In this document: one piece after another, positions 27,292 to 36,997 of the stretch | How positions within the stretch are numbered: position 1 is the first letter of the stretch | Layout of the letters: every line of letters starts with the position of its first letter | DNA from: an uncultured Verrucomicrobiae bacterium | Lineage (GTDB): Bacteria; Verrucomicrobiota; Verrucomicrobiia; Limisphaerales; Palsa-1400 | Direction: 5' to 3' | Length of the DNA stretch: 64,000 bases | Assembly: GCA_963702845.1 (NCBI GenBank) | Contig: OY969763.1 | Coordinates: 2,336,001 to 2,400,000, forward strand | Position numbers and translations under genes: made by a program | Notes under the pieces: generated by a model | Seen by the model: the letters and a program-made list of their open reading frames with translations, nothing else | Databases searched by the model: none | Told to the model about the DNA's origin: nothing

Positions 27292-27305
27292 GCAACGTCG
27301 TTGCG

Positions 27306-28175
27306 ATGAAACGAATTTTCTTCACGCTGGCAAGCGCGCGTTCGGGAACTTTGTTTCTGCGAGGTATATTTCAAAGCAACGTGCGCGGCTGCGATTGCCG
27401 CCATGAACCTTTTTTCGACTGGGGTAATCCGACTTTATTTGGCCCCGCAATTTATGACGCCCACGCAGGACGGCACGAACGCATCCGCGAACGGCTGTTG
27501 AAGAAAAAACGGTATATCGATCGATTGCCGGGAAACATTTATCTCGAATCGAACCACGCGTTTTTGAAATCAATGTACGTGGCAGCGATAGACGTGTTTC
27601 CGCAACTTGAGTTGATCCACGTCGTGCGCGATCCGCTTCGCGTGGCGAGGAGCGAAGCTTATCGGGAAGAGTGGCGGCGGCGCGTCCATGCACCATTTCA
27701 CTTCTTTAAGGGCGATGACGGCCAACGTCATTTTTGCTGGTCACTCACTGGCAACGAAGAGATTTTTCAACATTTCGAAGGCCGCAAGCTGACGCTCTTT
27801 CAGTGGTACCTGATTCAATGGATTGAAATCGAAAATCGCGCGATGGCATTTGTGCAGCAACACAACCTGCAGGATCGTTGTTTCGTGCTCCATTCACCGC
27901 GCGACTTGAACGACGCGGATAAAATCCGAACCATGCTCGAGTTTTTTGATCTTCCAACCAAGGGTGAACGCGTCGTATTGTCCGGTCGCCGTAATCAAAG
28001 TTTTGGTTATAAGGCGACCGATACATCGGATGAAGAACACCAGTTAAATGAGGTTGTCAGTAATATGCCGGAACATTATTTACAGATATTCCGGCGTGAA
28101 CCTTACCGTAATTTCGGATGGGCGAATCGATTGCGCCGGCTCGACCTCACACCTACGTTGCACCATGCGCACTAG
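27306..28175 (+). CDS. Sulfotransferase-like protein
   Basis: 5'-PSB-like ASARSGT, RHEP and 3'-PB-like IHVVRDP..VARS. Confidence 0.7.
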   Translation: MKRIFFTLASARSGTLFLRGIFQSNVRGCDCRHEPFFDWGNPTLFGPAIYDAHAGRHERIRERLLKKKRYIDRLPGNIYLESNHAFLKSMYVAAIDVFPQLELIHVVRDPLRVARSEAYREEWRRRVHAPFHFFKGDDGQRHFCWSLTGNEEIFQHFEGRKLTLFQWYLIQWIEIENRAMAFVQQHNLQDRCFVLHSPRDLNDADKIRTMLEFFDLPTKGERVVLSGRRNQSFGYKATDTSDEEHQLNEVVSNMPEHYLQIFRREPYRNFGWANRLRRLDLTPTLHHAH

Positions 28176-28632
28176 AACGTTCGCTGCTGTCCTATTGACT
28201 TGTGTTGTCGCCGTCCTGGCCGGCTGCCGAACAATGAAACCGCTGCCGGCAGCAGATCTGAAGGAGCCGGGTTGGACAGTCCGGGAAGGACAGGCCGTTT
28301 GGAAACGCCAGGCGAACGCACCGGAAATTGCCGGTGAAATCCTCGTCGCCACACGCACGGATGGCCGAGCCTTTGTGCAATTCAGCAAAAATCCTTTTCC
28401 GCTGGTGATCGCCCAAAGCACTCCGAATGGCTGGCAGGTTGAGACCCCGACCGAGAATAAGTTTTATTCGGGACACGGCAAACCACCTGCCCGTTTGATT
28501 TTTCTCTACATCCCTCGTCTTCTCGCAGGTGACCCGGCCCCACCAGACTGGACCTACGAAAAACCCGACGACGGCTACAAACTCGAAAACCACAAAAACG
28601 GCGAATCGCTCGAGGTCTATTTTACACAATGA
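28165..28632 (+). CDS. Hypothetical lipoprotein (possibly LolB-like)
   Basis: Lipobox VLAGC; overlaps both neighbouring genes. Confidence 0.7.
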   Translation: MRTRTFAAVLLTCVVAVLAGCRTMKPLPAADLKEPGWTVREGQAVWKRQANAPEIAGEILVATRTDGRAFVQFSKNPFPLVIAQSTPNGWQVETPTENKFYSGHGKPPARLIFLYIPRLLAGDPAPPDWTYEKPDDGYKLENHKNGESLEVYFTQ

Positions 28633-31079
28633 AGCAACCTGCCCTGCAACACCCCGGGCGATGGTGGTGGCTGCTTCTGCTGATACCCATTGGCATCGGG
28701 CTGCTGCGTTTGCACATGGACGCTGAGGTGTTCGATTTGCTTCCCCCGAATTTGCGTTCGGTGCAAGGATTGCAGATTTATCAAAAACATTTTTCCAACG
28801 CGCGCGAATTAATCATCACCGTGCAGTCGGCCAATGCAGAAACGACCGAGACTGCCGCACGGACCATCGCGGAAACATTGCGACCGATGAGCAATGAAAT
28901 TGCGGGCGTCACGTGGCAGCCGCCATGGTTGGAACACCCCGAACAGATTTCAGAATTGGTCGCTTATCTGTGGTTCAATCAACCGCCAGCAATTTTCGCC
29001 GAACTGATCGACCGCCTTGCGCCTGGAAATCTTGTCCAAACATTACAGGATACGCGCGAACAACTGGCAACGTCGCTATCGCCCGAAGACATCGCCCGGT
29101 CGAGTTACGATCCATTTGGCATGACGCGGCTGCCTGAAAGCGCGGCTGGCGCGGCGCCGTCATTTATTCAAGGTGGCGAGGGCTTCAGTTCCCCTGACGG
29201 CACCTTCCGAATCGCGTTCGTTCAAGCTGCCATTGATTTGCAGAGCTACCCACAATGCGATCGCTGGCTGAAATTGGTTCAACCAGTGGTGGACTCAGCG
29301 GTTTCCAAGCTCAACGCCGGGCAAAGCACGCCCGTCAAAATCGGTTACACAGGCCGCCCGGTGTTTGTTACCGAAACGGCGGCGGGGATGAAACATGACA
29401 TCCTCACGTCAGTCGGTGGCACAGTGGCCGTGATTGCCATTCTGTTCTGGCTGGCCCACCGACGAATCAAACCGATGCTGTGGTTGCTCACGCTACTTGC
29501 ACTCATTCTCGGCGCGACGCTGGCGTTGGGAGGTCTAATTTTCGGAACGATCAACGCCATCAGCCTTGGTTTCGCCGCCATCTTGCTCGGACTTGCCGTT
29601 GACTACGCGGTCGTTCATTACCAGGAAGCACTCGCCCACCCTGCTCTTTCCATTGCGCAAATTCGTCACGCCATCGCCCCGGCAATTTTTTGGGCAGCCG
29701 TGACCACTATCAGCGCGTTCCTCGTTTTAAATTTTGGCGGGCTGCCTGGACTCGGCCAACTCGGGACATTGGTTGCGATTGGCGTTGCCTTGGCGGCGAG
29801 CATCATGATTTTTGAATATCTCCCGCCTCTATTTCCCGATCGCAAATATCCAAAACCGGACGCCGATGCACCCGAACTTACCACGACACCGCACACACCG
29901 GTTGCACCCGCAAAGAAACGTTTTGTATTTACGTTATCGGCAATCGTTCTGATGTTTGGATTCGGCGTGCTGTTTGCATTTGGTCCTCCGCAAATCGATG
30001 CGACCGCCAATGCGCTCCGACCACATGACAGCCCGGCCTATAATGCGCTCAACGATATCCAGAAAAAACTCAGCCAACATGAATCGCTCTGGTTGATTAT
30101 CAGCGGAGAAAACATCAAAGAAATTGGTGCGCGATTGGATCAGGTTCATACCGTTCTCGAACGTGCCGAGTCGAACAACATCGTCAGCAGTTCACTTTTA
30201 CCGGTGCAGCTTTGGCCGCGGCCCGAGAACCAGATCGCCAATCGCGCGAACGCACTAAAGCTATGCTCAGAAGGACCGCTGCTGCGCCAGGTCGCCCTGA
30301 CCAATGGCTTTGGCGAAAGTGCGCTGGGATTATCGGATCTGATGTTGCAGACGTGGTGCGGTGCCGCATCACAGACAAACGTCTATTGGCCGACGAACCC
30401 ACTTAGCCGTTGGATTTTCAACAAAATGACGGCACGAACCGCGACCAACCAATTCGCACTCGGTTTAGTTTATCTGTCATCTAACGCCACGCCCGCCGCC
30501 GTGTCCAACCTCCAATCCCAATTGCCCTCCGATAATGTGTGGCTCTCGAGCTGGGAACTATTGGGGGAAGAAATTTTTGCGCGCGTCAAAGCGAACATGT
30601 GGAAAGTTGTGGGGCCGATGATCGCGCTGGTTTTTTTATCGTTGTTCATGGCGTTTCATCGCACGCGCGAGATTTCACTTAGCCTGATTGTTCTATTAAT
30701 CAGCGGCGTTTGCCTGCTCGCCGTGATGCGTCTCGCTGGCTGGTCGTGGAATCTGCTGAACTTGATGGCCATTCCGTTGATTCTCGGAACAGGCGTCGAT
30801 TACAGCATCTTCATGCAACTGGCGTTGCGACGTTACGATGGCGACCTGGACCTTGCCAATCGCGCCGTTGGGCGAGCGCTGCTGTTGTGCGGTGGAACGG
30901 CAGTGGCAGCTTTTGCATCCCTTGGATTCTCGAGCAATGCCGGCATGGCGAGCCTGGGAGAAGTCTGCGCCGTCGGCATTGGTTGCAATATGCTCATCGC
31001 TATTTTCCTTTTACCCGTGTGGTGGCAGCAGATCCGTGGAAAAGAACATTTGCACAAACCAGGAACTGCTAAAAATTGA
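28629..31079 (+). CDS. MMPL/RND-family lipid exporter
   Basis: Two repeats of large loop plus TM bundle with GLAVDY and GTGVDY motifs. Confidence 0.9.
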   Translation: MKQPALQHPGRWWWLLLLIPIGIGLLRLHMDAEVFDLLPPNLRSVQGLQIYQKHFSNARELIITVQSANAETTETAARTIAETLRPMSNEIAGVTWQPPWLEHPEQISELVAYLWFNQPPAIFAELIDRLAPGNLVQTLQDTREQLATSLSPEDIARSSYDPFGMTRLPESAAGAAPSFIQGGEGFSSPDGTFRIAFVQAAIDLQSYPQCDRWLKLVQPVVDSAVSKLNAGQSTPVKIGYTGRPVFVTETAAGMKHDILTSVGGTVAVIAILFWLAHRRIKPMLWLLTLLALILGATLALGGLIFGTINAISLGFAAILLGLAVDYAVVHYQEALAHPALSIAQIRHAIAPAIFWAAVTTISAFLVLNFGGLPGLGQLGTLVAIGVALAASIMIFEYLPPLFPDRKYPKPDADAPELTTTPHTPVAPAKKRFVFTLSAIVLMFGFGVLFAFGPPQIDATANALRPHDSPAYNALNDIQKKLSQHESLWLIISGENIKEIGARLDQVHTVLERAESNNIVSSSLLPVQLWPRPENQIANRANALKLCSEGPLLRQVALTNGFGESALGLSDLMLQTWCGAASQTNVYWPTNPLSRWIFNKMTARTATNQFALGLVYLSSNATPAAVSNLQSQLPSDNVWLSSWELLGEEIFARVKANMWKVVGPMIALVFLSLFMAFHRTREISLSLIVLLISGVCLLAVMRLAGWSWNLLNLMAIPLILGTGVDYSIFMQLALRRYDGDLDLANRAVGRALLLCGGTAVAAFASLGFSSNAGMASLGEVCAVGIGCNMLIAIFLLPVWWQQIRGKEHLHKPGTAKN

Positions 31080-31095
31080 TCAAGGAGCCAACAAC

Positions 31096-31785
31096 ATGAC
31101 GATGAAACAATTAACTCGATTCGGCTGTATTGCCGTTCTTTTAACCCTATTCAACTCCGTTGCCATGGCTGACGACCTCGCTCCAGCGGTCATTAAATGG
31201 CTGGATGCCCAAGCGAAGATTCACACCTGGACGGCAGACTTTACGCAAACGCGCAAACTGAAATCGTTGACTCAGCCACTCACCGCTCACGGTAAAGTCT
31301 GGTTCGCGGAGCCCAATAAATTCCGCTGGGAGCTCGGTGTTCCGGCGCAAACAATCGCTGTGCGCGCCCCAGAGGAGTTGCTCATTCTCTATCCGCACCT
31401 CAAACGCGTCGAACGCTTTCCCATGAGCGCACAGCAGGCAGGCCCGTGGCGTGATGCTCTGGCATTGCTCGAAGCTGGCTTTCCAAGGAGCCGCCCCGCC
31501 ATGGAAGCGCAGTACAATATCCTATCGCAACAATTTGAAGGACAGATTTGCCGACTGGTGCTCCAACCGAAGTCTGTTGCAGCGCGTCGCATGATGCCGC
31601 AGATCGAAGTCGATTTCGACACTGTGGAAAATCTGTTACGCGGCACTGAACTCCAGTTCGCCGACGGTTCAACAATGCGCAACGATTTTTCAAATATCGT
31701 GACGAACCCCAACATCGAGATGCAGATGTTTTCGCCGCCGATCCCGGCGAATTTCAAGGTCATCGAACCGATGAAGCACCGCTGA
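31096..31785 (+). CDS. LolA-like periplasmic carrier protein
   Basis: Signal peptide; ADFTQTR..G.VWF..PNKFRWE; AAGGAG RBS. Confidence 0.85.
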   Translation: MTMKQLTRFGCIAVLLTLFNSVAMADDLAPAVIKWLDAQAKIHTWTADFTQTRKLKSLTQPLTAHGKVWFAEPNKFRWELGVPAQTIAVRAPEELLILYPHLKRVERFPMSAQQAGPWRDALALLEAGFPRSRPAMEAQYNILSQQFEGQICRLVLQPKSVAARRMMPQIEVDFDTVENLLRGTELQFADGSTMRNDFSNIVTNPNIEMQMFSPPIPANFKVIEPMKHR

Positions 31786-31787
31786 CG

Positions 31788-32801
31788 CTAGCGCGCGCGT
31801 TCGCGCCAGCTGTTTGCTTCGCCTCGAATTTGCTTCAACGTGACTCCGCTTTGTCCGAGTGCGATAAAGCCGGCAATGGATAGCGGCAACGTCAGGACGA
31901 CAAAGGCGAGCAAAGAAAACCCCGTCGCGACAGGTTTTGCGACGTGAAACACTTCCAGACCGGCGATGCAAAACACCTGAAACACACCAACGCTCGCAGG
32001 CGTGCTGGGTATCGACATGCCAACATACGCGACGATAAAGATCGCCAGTTGCACTTCAATCGGGAACTGAAATCCGTATGCCCATAGCACGACTAAAAAT
32101 GCGAAACATTGAACGACGAACTTAAGTAGAGACACGGCTAGTGCGGCCACGAGGACATGCGACCGACCAATCGTACGCACCTCTTCGAGCATGTGAACGC
32201 TCGACTCACGAAGTTTCTGAACCCACGTTGAACGATCGAGTCCGTGAGAAGTTTGCTTCGAAGTTCTACGTTTTCGAAACACGATCCATCCACCGATGAT
32301 CAGCCCAAACACAATGATGCCCGCCCAAATTTCTGCCACCCGCGAGATATTCGCGGGCAACGGAAAAAATATCGCCGCAATTCCAATCCCAAGCGCCAGC
32401 CATATCCCGTCCAGCAGCCGTTCAACCAGGAGCGACGGGACGACAGAGGTAAACTTTGTCTGCAGCCAGCGGGACATTAGAAATACACGCACAACATAGC
32501 CGACGTGAACCGGCAAAACATCGTTCGCAAATCGCCCGGCAAATACCGCTTGAGTTGCTCGAGCAATTGAAACCTTGCCTACCGGTCTAAGTAACAACTG
32601 CCACACCCATGCGCCACAGACGTAAACCAGAAGATCGAGCACGACTGCCGGCACGATCATCCACCAGCGCACCTCGTGCAGCGGTTCCAGCAACTCGCCC
32701 AGATGTATGTCGTGAAATACCCAATACAAACAGACCGCCGCGATCCCGTAGCTGACGACCCAGCGAACCAGCGCGTTCGACCATTTGGTTTTATGATCCA
32801 C
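31788..32801 (-). CDS. Lysylphosphatidylglycerol synthase TM / flippase-like (UPF0104) membrane protein
   Basis: NDVLP, VERLLD, IPSTPASVGVF motifs; multiple TM segments. Confidence 0.85.
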   Translation of the reverse strand: MDHKTKWSNALVRWVVSYGIAAVCLYWVFHDIHLGELLEPLHEVRWWMIVPAVVLDLLVYVCGAWVWQLLLRPVGKVSIARATQAVFAGRFANDVLPVHVGYVVRVFLMSRWLQTKFTSVVPSLLVERLLDGIWLALGIGIAAIFFPLPANISRVAEIWAGIIVFGLIIGGWIVFRKRRTSKQTSHGLDRSTWVQKLRESSVHMLEEVRTIGRSHVLVAALAVSLLKFVVQCFAFLVVLWAYGFQFPIEVQLAIFIVAYVGMSIPSTPASVGVFQVFCIAGLEVFHVAKPVATGFSLLAFVVLTLPLSIAGFIALGQSGVTLKQIRGEANSWRERAR

Positions 32802-32808
32802 TCGGGTG

Positions 32809-33762
32809 TCAGCTTTTCGGTTTGCTGAAGACCGTTGGCACCCCTTCTTCGAGGATCCGCAAATGATGACTCAGATTATGAACAGCGGCGAGTTCGCGCA
32901 ACCAGCGTGGCGGTTCGTCCATGTCTTCGAACGATAATCGGAACGCGCCGTAGTGCATCGGCACCAGCCACTGCGCCCGCAGGTCGCGAAATACTTTGAT
33001 CGTCTCGTCGGGCCCCATGTGCACGTGCCGGAACGAGTCAGGAAAATAGGCGCCAATTGGCAACATCGCGATCTCCGGCGGACAGAGGCGGCCAATTTCC
33101 TTGAAGCCGTTGAAATAGGCACTGTCGCCGGCATGGTAAAGCCGGCGTCCCTGATGTTCGAGAAGGAAGCCTCCGTAACCGCGGTGCTCATCACGAATGA
33201 CGCGGGCGCCCCAGTGCTTTGTCGGCGTCAAAGTTACGCGCCAATCGCCATGCGAAAAGCTTTCCCACCATTGCAACTCAATGACACGTTCAAAACCAAT
33301 GTCCGATGCCAAATCTCCGACACCCCATGGAACCACAGCGATTTTGGGAGAAATCAATTTGCGCAAAGTTGGCTTATGAAAGTGATCGAAATGTGCGTGG
33401 GTCAGCAAAACCAAATCAATTGGCGGCAAATCTTCAACCCGCAAACCAGCGCGCTTGACCCGTTTCAAAAAGAACAGCCAATTGGCAAAGTTCGGATCGA
33501 TCAGGACATTTAAATCCGTAAACTGCGCCAGAAATGACGCGTGCCCGATCCATGTTAACGCGACCTGTCCCTCTGTCAGTCTCGGAAACTTCGGTTTGTT
33601 ATGCTCTCCGGTGCGTGGAGTCAGCAGCGCTTTCCAAACCATCTCGTAAAAGAATTTGCTCGGTTTAAAATGACGGCTGGGAGTCAGGTCTTTAAACGAC
33701 CTGGGCAGCTTCTTGCGGACCTTCCCCGTTGGCGGGGAACTGATCGAATCTTTTTCAATCAT
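32809..33762 (-). CDS. MBL-fold metallo-hydrolase (NAPE-PLD/RomA-like)
   Basis: WIGHAS, THAHFDH, AGDS, LPIGAY, PMHYG. Confidence 0.9.
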   Translation of the reverse strand: MIEKDSISSPPTGKVRKKLPRSFKDLTPSRHFKPSKFFYEMVWKALLTPRTGEHNKPKFPRLTEGQVALTWIGHASFLAQFTDLNVLIDPNFANWLFFLKRVKRAGLRVEDLPPIDLVLLTHAHFDHFHKPTLRKLISPKIAVVPWGVGDLASDIGFERVIELQWWESFSHGDWRVTLTPTKHWGARVIRDEHRGYGGFLLEHQGRRLYHAGDSAYFNGFKEIGRLCPPEIAMLPIGAYFPDSFRHVHMGPDETIKVFRDLRAQWLVPMHYGAFRLSFEDMDEPPRWLRELAAVHNLSHHLRILEEGVPTVFSKPKS

Positions 33763-33849
33763 TGCTAAACAATATAGAGCAGAGGCCGCGCCACACCAAA
33801 TTTGAGTGAGGCACTGGTAATTCCGCCATTTCTGGTTTAATACATCATC

Positions 33850-34401
33850 GTGTCACTCGAACAACAACTCGATAAATTTCTGCGTAAAAAACCGACGCTT
33901 GGCGAGCACGTTTATATCGCCTCGTCGGCCATCGTCGTTGGTGACGTCACGCTCGGTGAACATTCAAGCGTTTGGTACAATGCTGTACTTCGCGGTGACA
34001 TCAACCGGATTGTCGTAGGTCATCACAGCAATATTCAGGACAACGCAGTGCTTCACCTCGCCGACGATTATGCCTGCATTGTCGGCAATTATGTCACGGT
34101 CGGCCATTCCGCAATCGTCCATGCGTGCACCGTTGGCGACGAGTGCCTGATTGGCATGGGGGCGACGATTCTTGATGGCGCGGAAATCGGCGAACAATCA
34201 TTGATCGGCGCAAACGCACTGGTGAAACAAGGCATGAAAGTGCCGCCCGGGTCTCTGGTCCTCGGCTCGCCCGGCAAGATTGTGAAAGAGCTGACTGCCG
34301 ATGAACGCAAGCAACTGAAATATTGGGCCACGAAATACGTCGACAACGCTGCCTATTGTTTGAAGCACAAGATCAACGTCGGCGCGGCGCTCCCAAGCTA
34401 G
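33850..34401 (+). CDS. Gamma carbonic anhydrase family (YrdA-like) hexapeptide-repeat protein
   Basis: VLRGDIN, SNIQDNAVLH, TVGHSAIVHAC. Confidence 0.92.
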   Translation: MSLEQQLDKFLRKKPTLGEHVYIASSAIVVGDVTLGEHSSVWYNAVLRGDINRIVVGHHSNIQDNAVLHLADDYACIVGNYVTVGHSAIVHACTVGDECLIGMGATILDGAEIGEQSLIGANALVKQGMKVPPGSLVLGSPGKIVKELTADERKQLKYWATKYVDNAAYCLKHKINVGAALPS

Positions 34402-34404
34402 AGT

Positions 34405-36969
34405 TTAGTCCAGTTGCAGAACGCGATAGTACCGTTGCTGATCGACCGATGGCAGGTTGGTGAAAGACAGCGAACTCCCGGACGCGCGGAGGTCCAGTCC
34501 AATCTCGCGCCACTTCGCGCCGTTTAAGTCGAACTTGTACTGCACGCGATACGTTTTTCCAGAATACGAAGACCACGATAAAATTGCGGCGCTGTTTGTA
34601 ACCGCCGCCGTGATTAACACGGGCGCGGCGACAGGCACATTGAACGGTACAACGAGAATGTTGTTGTTCTCGTTTCCCTCGGCGAACCGATTGATGTCAT
34701 CGACGTTTGCGATGAGTTGATGCGCCCCGGCAGTGCCTGGCCAATAATTGACGCCATTTGGCCCACCATCCGCCGTCACCGTGATCGTTGCGCCTGCGGC
34801 GACTGAAGTTGAATAACCCGACGACCAACTAACAACGCCCCCCGAATCGATTGAGTATCCAACGCCAAGCGTGATCCCCGACGGGGTTGCTGCGCCGCCC
34901 TGATTTTTCACGGTCGCGCGAAAAACCACATTGCTTCCCACGCCAAGGGTTGCGGGCGTCCACGACACTCCGGTAAGGATGACATCGGGCAGCGCATTCG
35001 TGGCCGTTGCTGAAACTTGCGCCGAATTTGCACTTTCCCCTGCTCCGTTCACCGCAGAAACAACATAGTAATAAATGCCCGCTGCGACCGAAGTGTCGAC
35101 ATAAAGGGCGTCAAAAATATTCGTCGCGATAACCGAATACGGCCCACCATTGATCGACGCCCGCTTCACCCGAAACTGTGTTGCGCCGCTCGGCACGCTC
35201 CAATTGAGCGTGATATTTCCAGGACCAACAGCCGCGCTTAATCCCGCGGGGGCTTCCGGAATCGAATTAGTTGGATTAGCGACGATCTCGATCCCATTGC
35301 ACGCCGCATTGTTTAGAACAGTTATAAATTCGATTGTGATTCGGCCACCCGCATCTGGAATGGCGTTGAACTCCTGAACGTTCGCTTTGAACTGGCCACC
35401 TGCGGCTGCAAAAATATCAAATGAACTCAATACCGTTGCGCCATTGATCTTCACATTGAAAAGTCGTTGACCAGAACTGGTAAAGTAGACCTCGGCAAAA
35501 TGCAGACGCACCTTGTAACTGCCCGGCGCGAGGTTTGGAATCGTATACATCATCGTCTGATATCGCTGGGTTTGATAGACCGCCATCGGCGCAGGATTCA
35601 CCACGCCGTTCGTATCAACGCTCGTGGCAGTTGAGAACGTCAGTCCTCCAACAAAAAACGTGTCATCGATAAATGCTCCCTCTGCGCCGCCTGAACAGTT
35701 GATCTTCGGTGGTGCCGCTGCGCCCGAGACTTCGATGGAATTATCGCTTTCGCCAAAAGCATTCAACGCGCTCACCACGTAATAATAGGTCGCTCCGCTA
35801 AGCGCGTTGGTGTCCGTGAAAATCACGTTACTGACACCTTCAGTCACATTTCTTGCAATGACGGAATATGGTCCGCCAGCGATATTGCTTCGTTTGATGT
35901 TGTAAGTCGTCGGATTAAGAGGCGCATTCGTCCACGTTAACATCAGCAAGTTCGCGCCGTTCGCGCTGAGTCCCAGCGGAACGGGTGGCGCGTTTGTTGG
36001 ATCCAACAAATAGCGATGAAACCATCCTGTAATCGGTTCCAATTCGAACGATGGCCAACCCGACGAATCGCCGTTTTCGAATAGCGTGCAACCGAGCAGA
36101 TACGAATCCTGGCGCATCTGATAATCGAACCAGTTCAGCCAACGCTCATATTGACCGGCAGTCCCTCGTGCCTGCCAACCGGACGTGAACGGATCACCTG
36201 ACTGATCAACTCCACCCTCCGTCAGGATGAGCGGCATGTCATTCAAGTCAGGAAAGTTCTGCGCGAAATACGAGTAGAACTGTCGGTAACGTAGCGACCA
36301 CCAAATTTCCGCAGCAACGTCAGTCGAATATTGCACGGTGTAGGCGTGATAACTCCAGGCACCACCCACCGCCTTCGCCTGCCGCAACGCCGGCACGAAG
36401 TAACCCAGCAGCGAGAAAGGGTCGATGTTTCCCACTGAAATGCTACCGATACACGGCTTGATTCCGGCAGCGACGACTTTTGGCGTTAGATTCGTCCAGA
36501 ATTGATTAAGCCACTGCGACGCCTGCACCTGCTGATCGAAAGGATAACCAATCGTTGGCGTCTGCCCCTCGTTCGGTCCTTCCATGTAATCGATCAGTGC
36601 GCGATCCGATGCTCCGATCGAATTCAATGCCGGCTGAATAATGGTGCTCCAAAAATCATTAGCGCTCGCGGTGGGATCGTTCGTCATGAAGTATATCTTG
36701 GGCGAATACACCCGGACGACGATTTTCCCGGTTGGCACTTTCGTTTTGTAATCGCGCATCGCCTGCACCATGCCCGGCGGAAACCCTGAATCGAGCGCGA
36801 GCACTTTGAGCAATCGCGGCTTACCCGACACAATGTTTGAAGAACCAACGGTATATGCGTTGATCAGGTGCGCGCTCAACTTGCTGGCAGATTGCCCGCG
36901 CGCACAAATTCCGAACACGCAAAAAGCAATCACAAGAAGAGTGCACAGGTTGGGTTTGCGCAGGCTCAT
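34405..36969 (-). CDS. Secreted clan GH-A-like hydrolase with Fn3, malectin, Fn3, CARDB and C-terminal YYRV-type domain
   Basis: EGPNE and ILTEGG motifs; YYYVVSA.N..GES twice; VRLHFAEVYF..GQRLFNV; EGNENNN; ends RYYRVLQLD. Confidence 0.85.
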   Translation of the reverse strand: MSLRKPNLCTLLVIAFCVFGICARGQSASKLSAHLINAYTVGSSNIVSGKPRLLKVLALDSGFPPGMVQAMRDYKTKVPTGKIVVRVYSPKIYFMTNDPTASANDFWSTIIQPALNSIGASDRALIDYMEGPNEGQTPTIGYPFDQQVQASQWLNQFWTNLTPKVVAAGIKPCIGSISVGNIDPFSLLGYFVPALRQAKAVGGAWSYHAYTVQYSTDVAAEIWWSLRYRQFYSYFAQNFPDLNDMPLILTEGGVDQSGDPFTSGWQARGTAGQYERWLNWFDYQMRQDSYLLGCTLFENGDSSGWPSFELEPITGWFHRYLLDPTNAPPVPLGLSANGANLLMLTWTNAPLNPTTYNIKRSNIAGGPYSVIARNVTEGVSNVIFTDTNALSGATYYYVVSALNAFGESDNSIEVSGAAAPPKINCSGGAEGAFIDDTFFVGGLTFSTATSVDTNGVVNPAPMAVYQTQRYQTMMYTIPNLAPGSYKVRLHFAEVYFTSSGQRLFNVKINGATVLSSFDIFAAAGGQFKANVQEFNAIPDAGGRITIEFITVLNNAACNGIEIVANPTNSIPEAPAGLSAAVGPGNITLNWSVPSGATQFRVKRASINGGPYSVIATNIFDALYVDTSVAAGIYYYVVSAVNGAGESANSAQVSATATNALPDVILTGVSWTPATLGVGSNVVFRATVKNQGGAATPSGITLGVGYSIDSGGVVSWSSGYSTSVAAGATITVTADGGPNGVNYWPGTAGAHQLIANVDDINRFAEGNENNNILVVPFNVPVAAPVLITAAVTNSAAILSWSSYSGKTYRVQYKFDLNGAKWREIGLDLRASGSSLSFTNLPSVDQQRYYRVLQLD

Positions 36970-36997
36970 TGGTTGCGTGCAGCTTACAGAGCCATTG

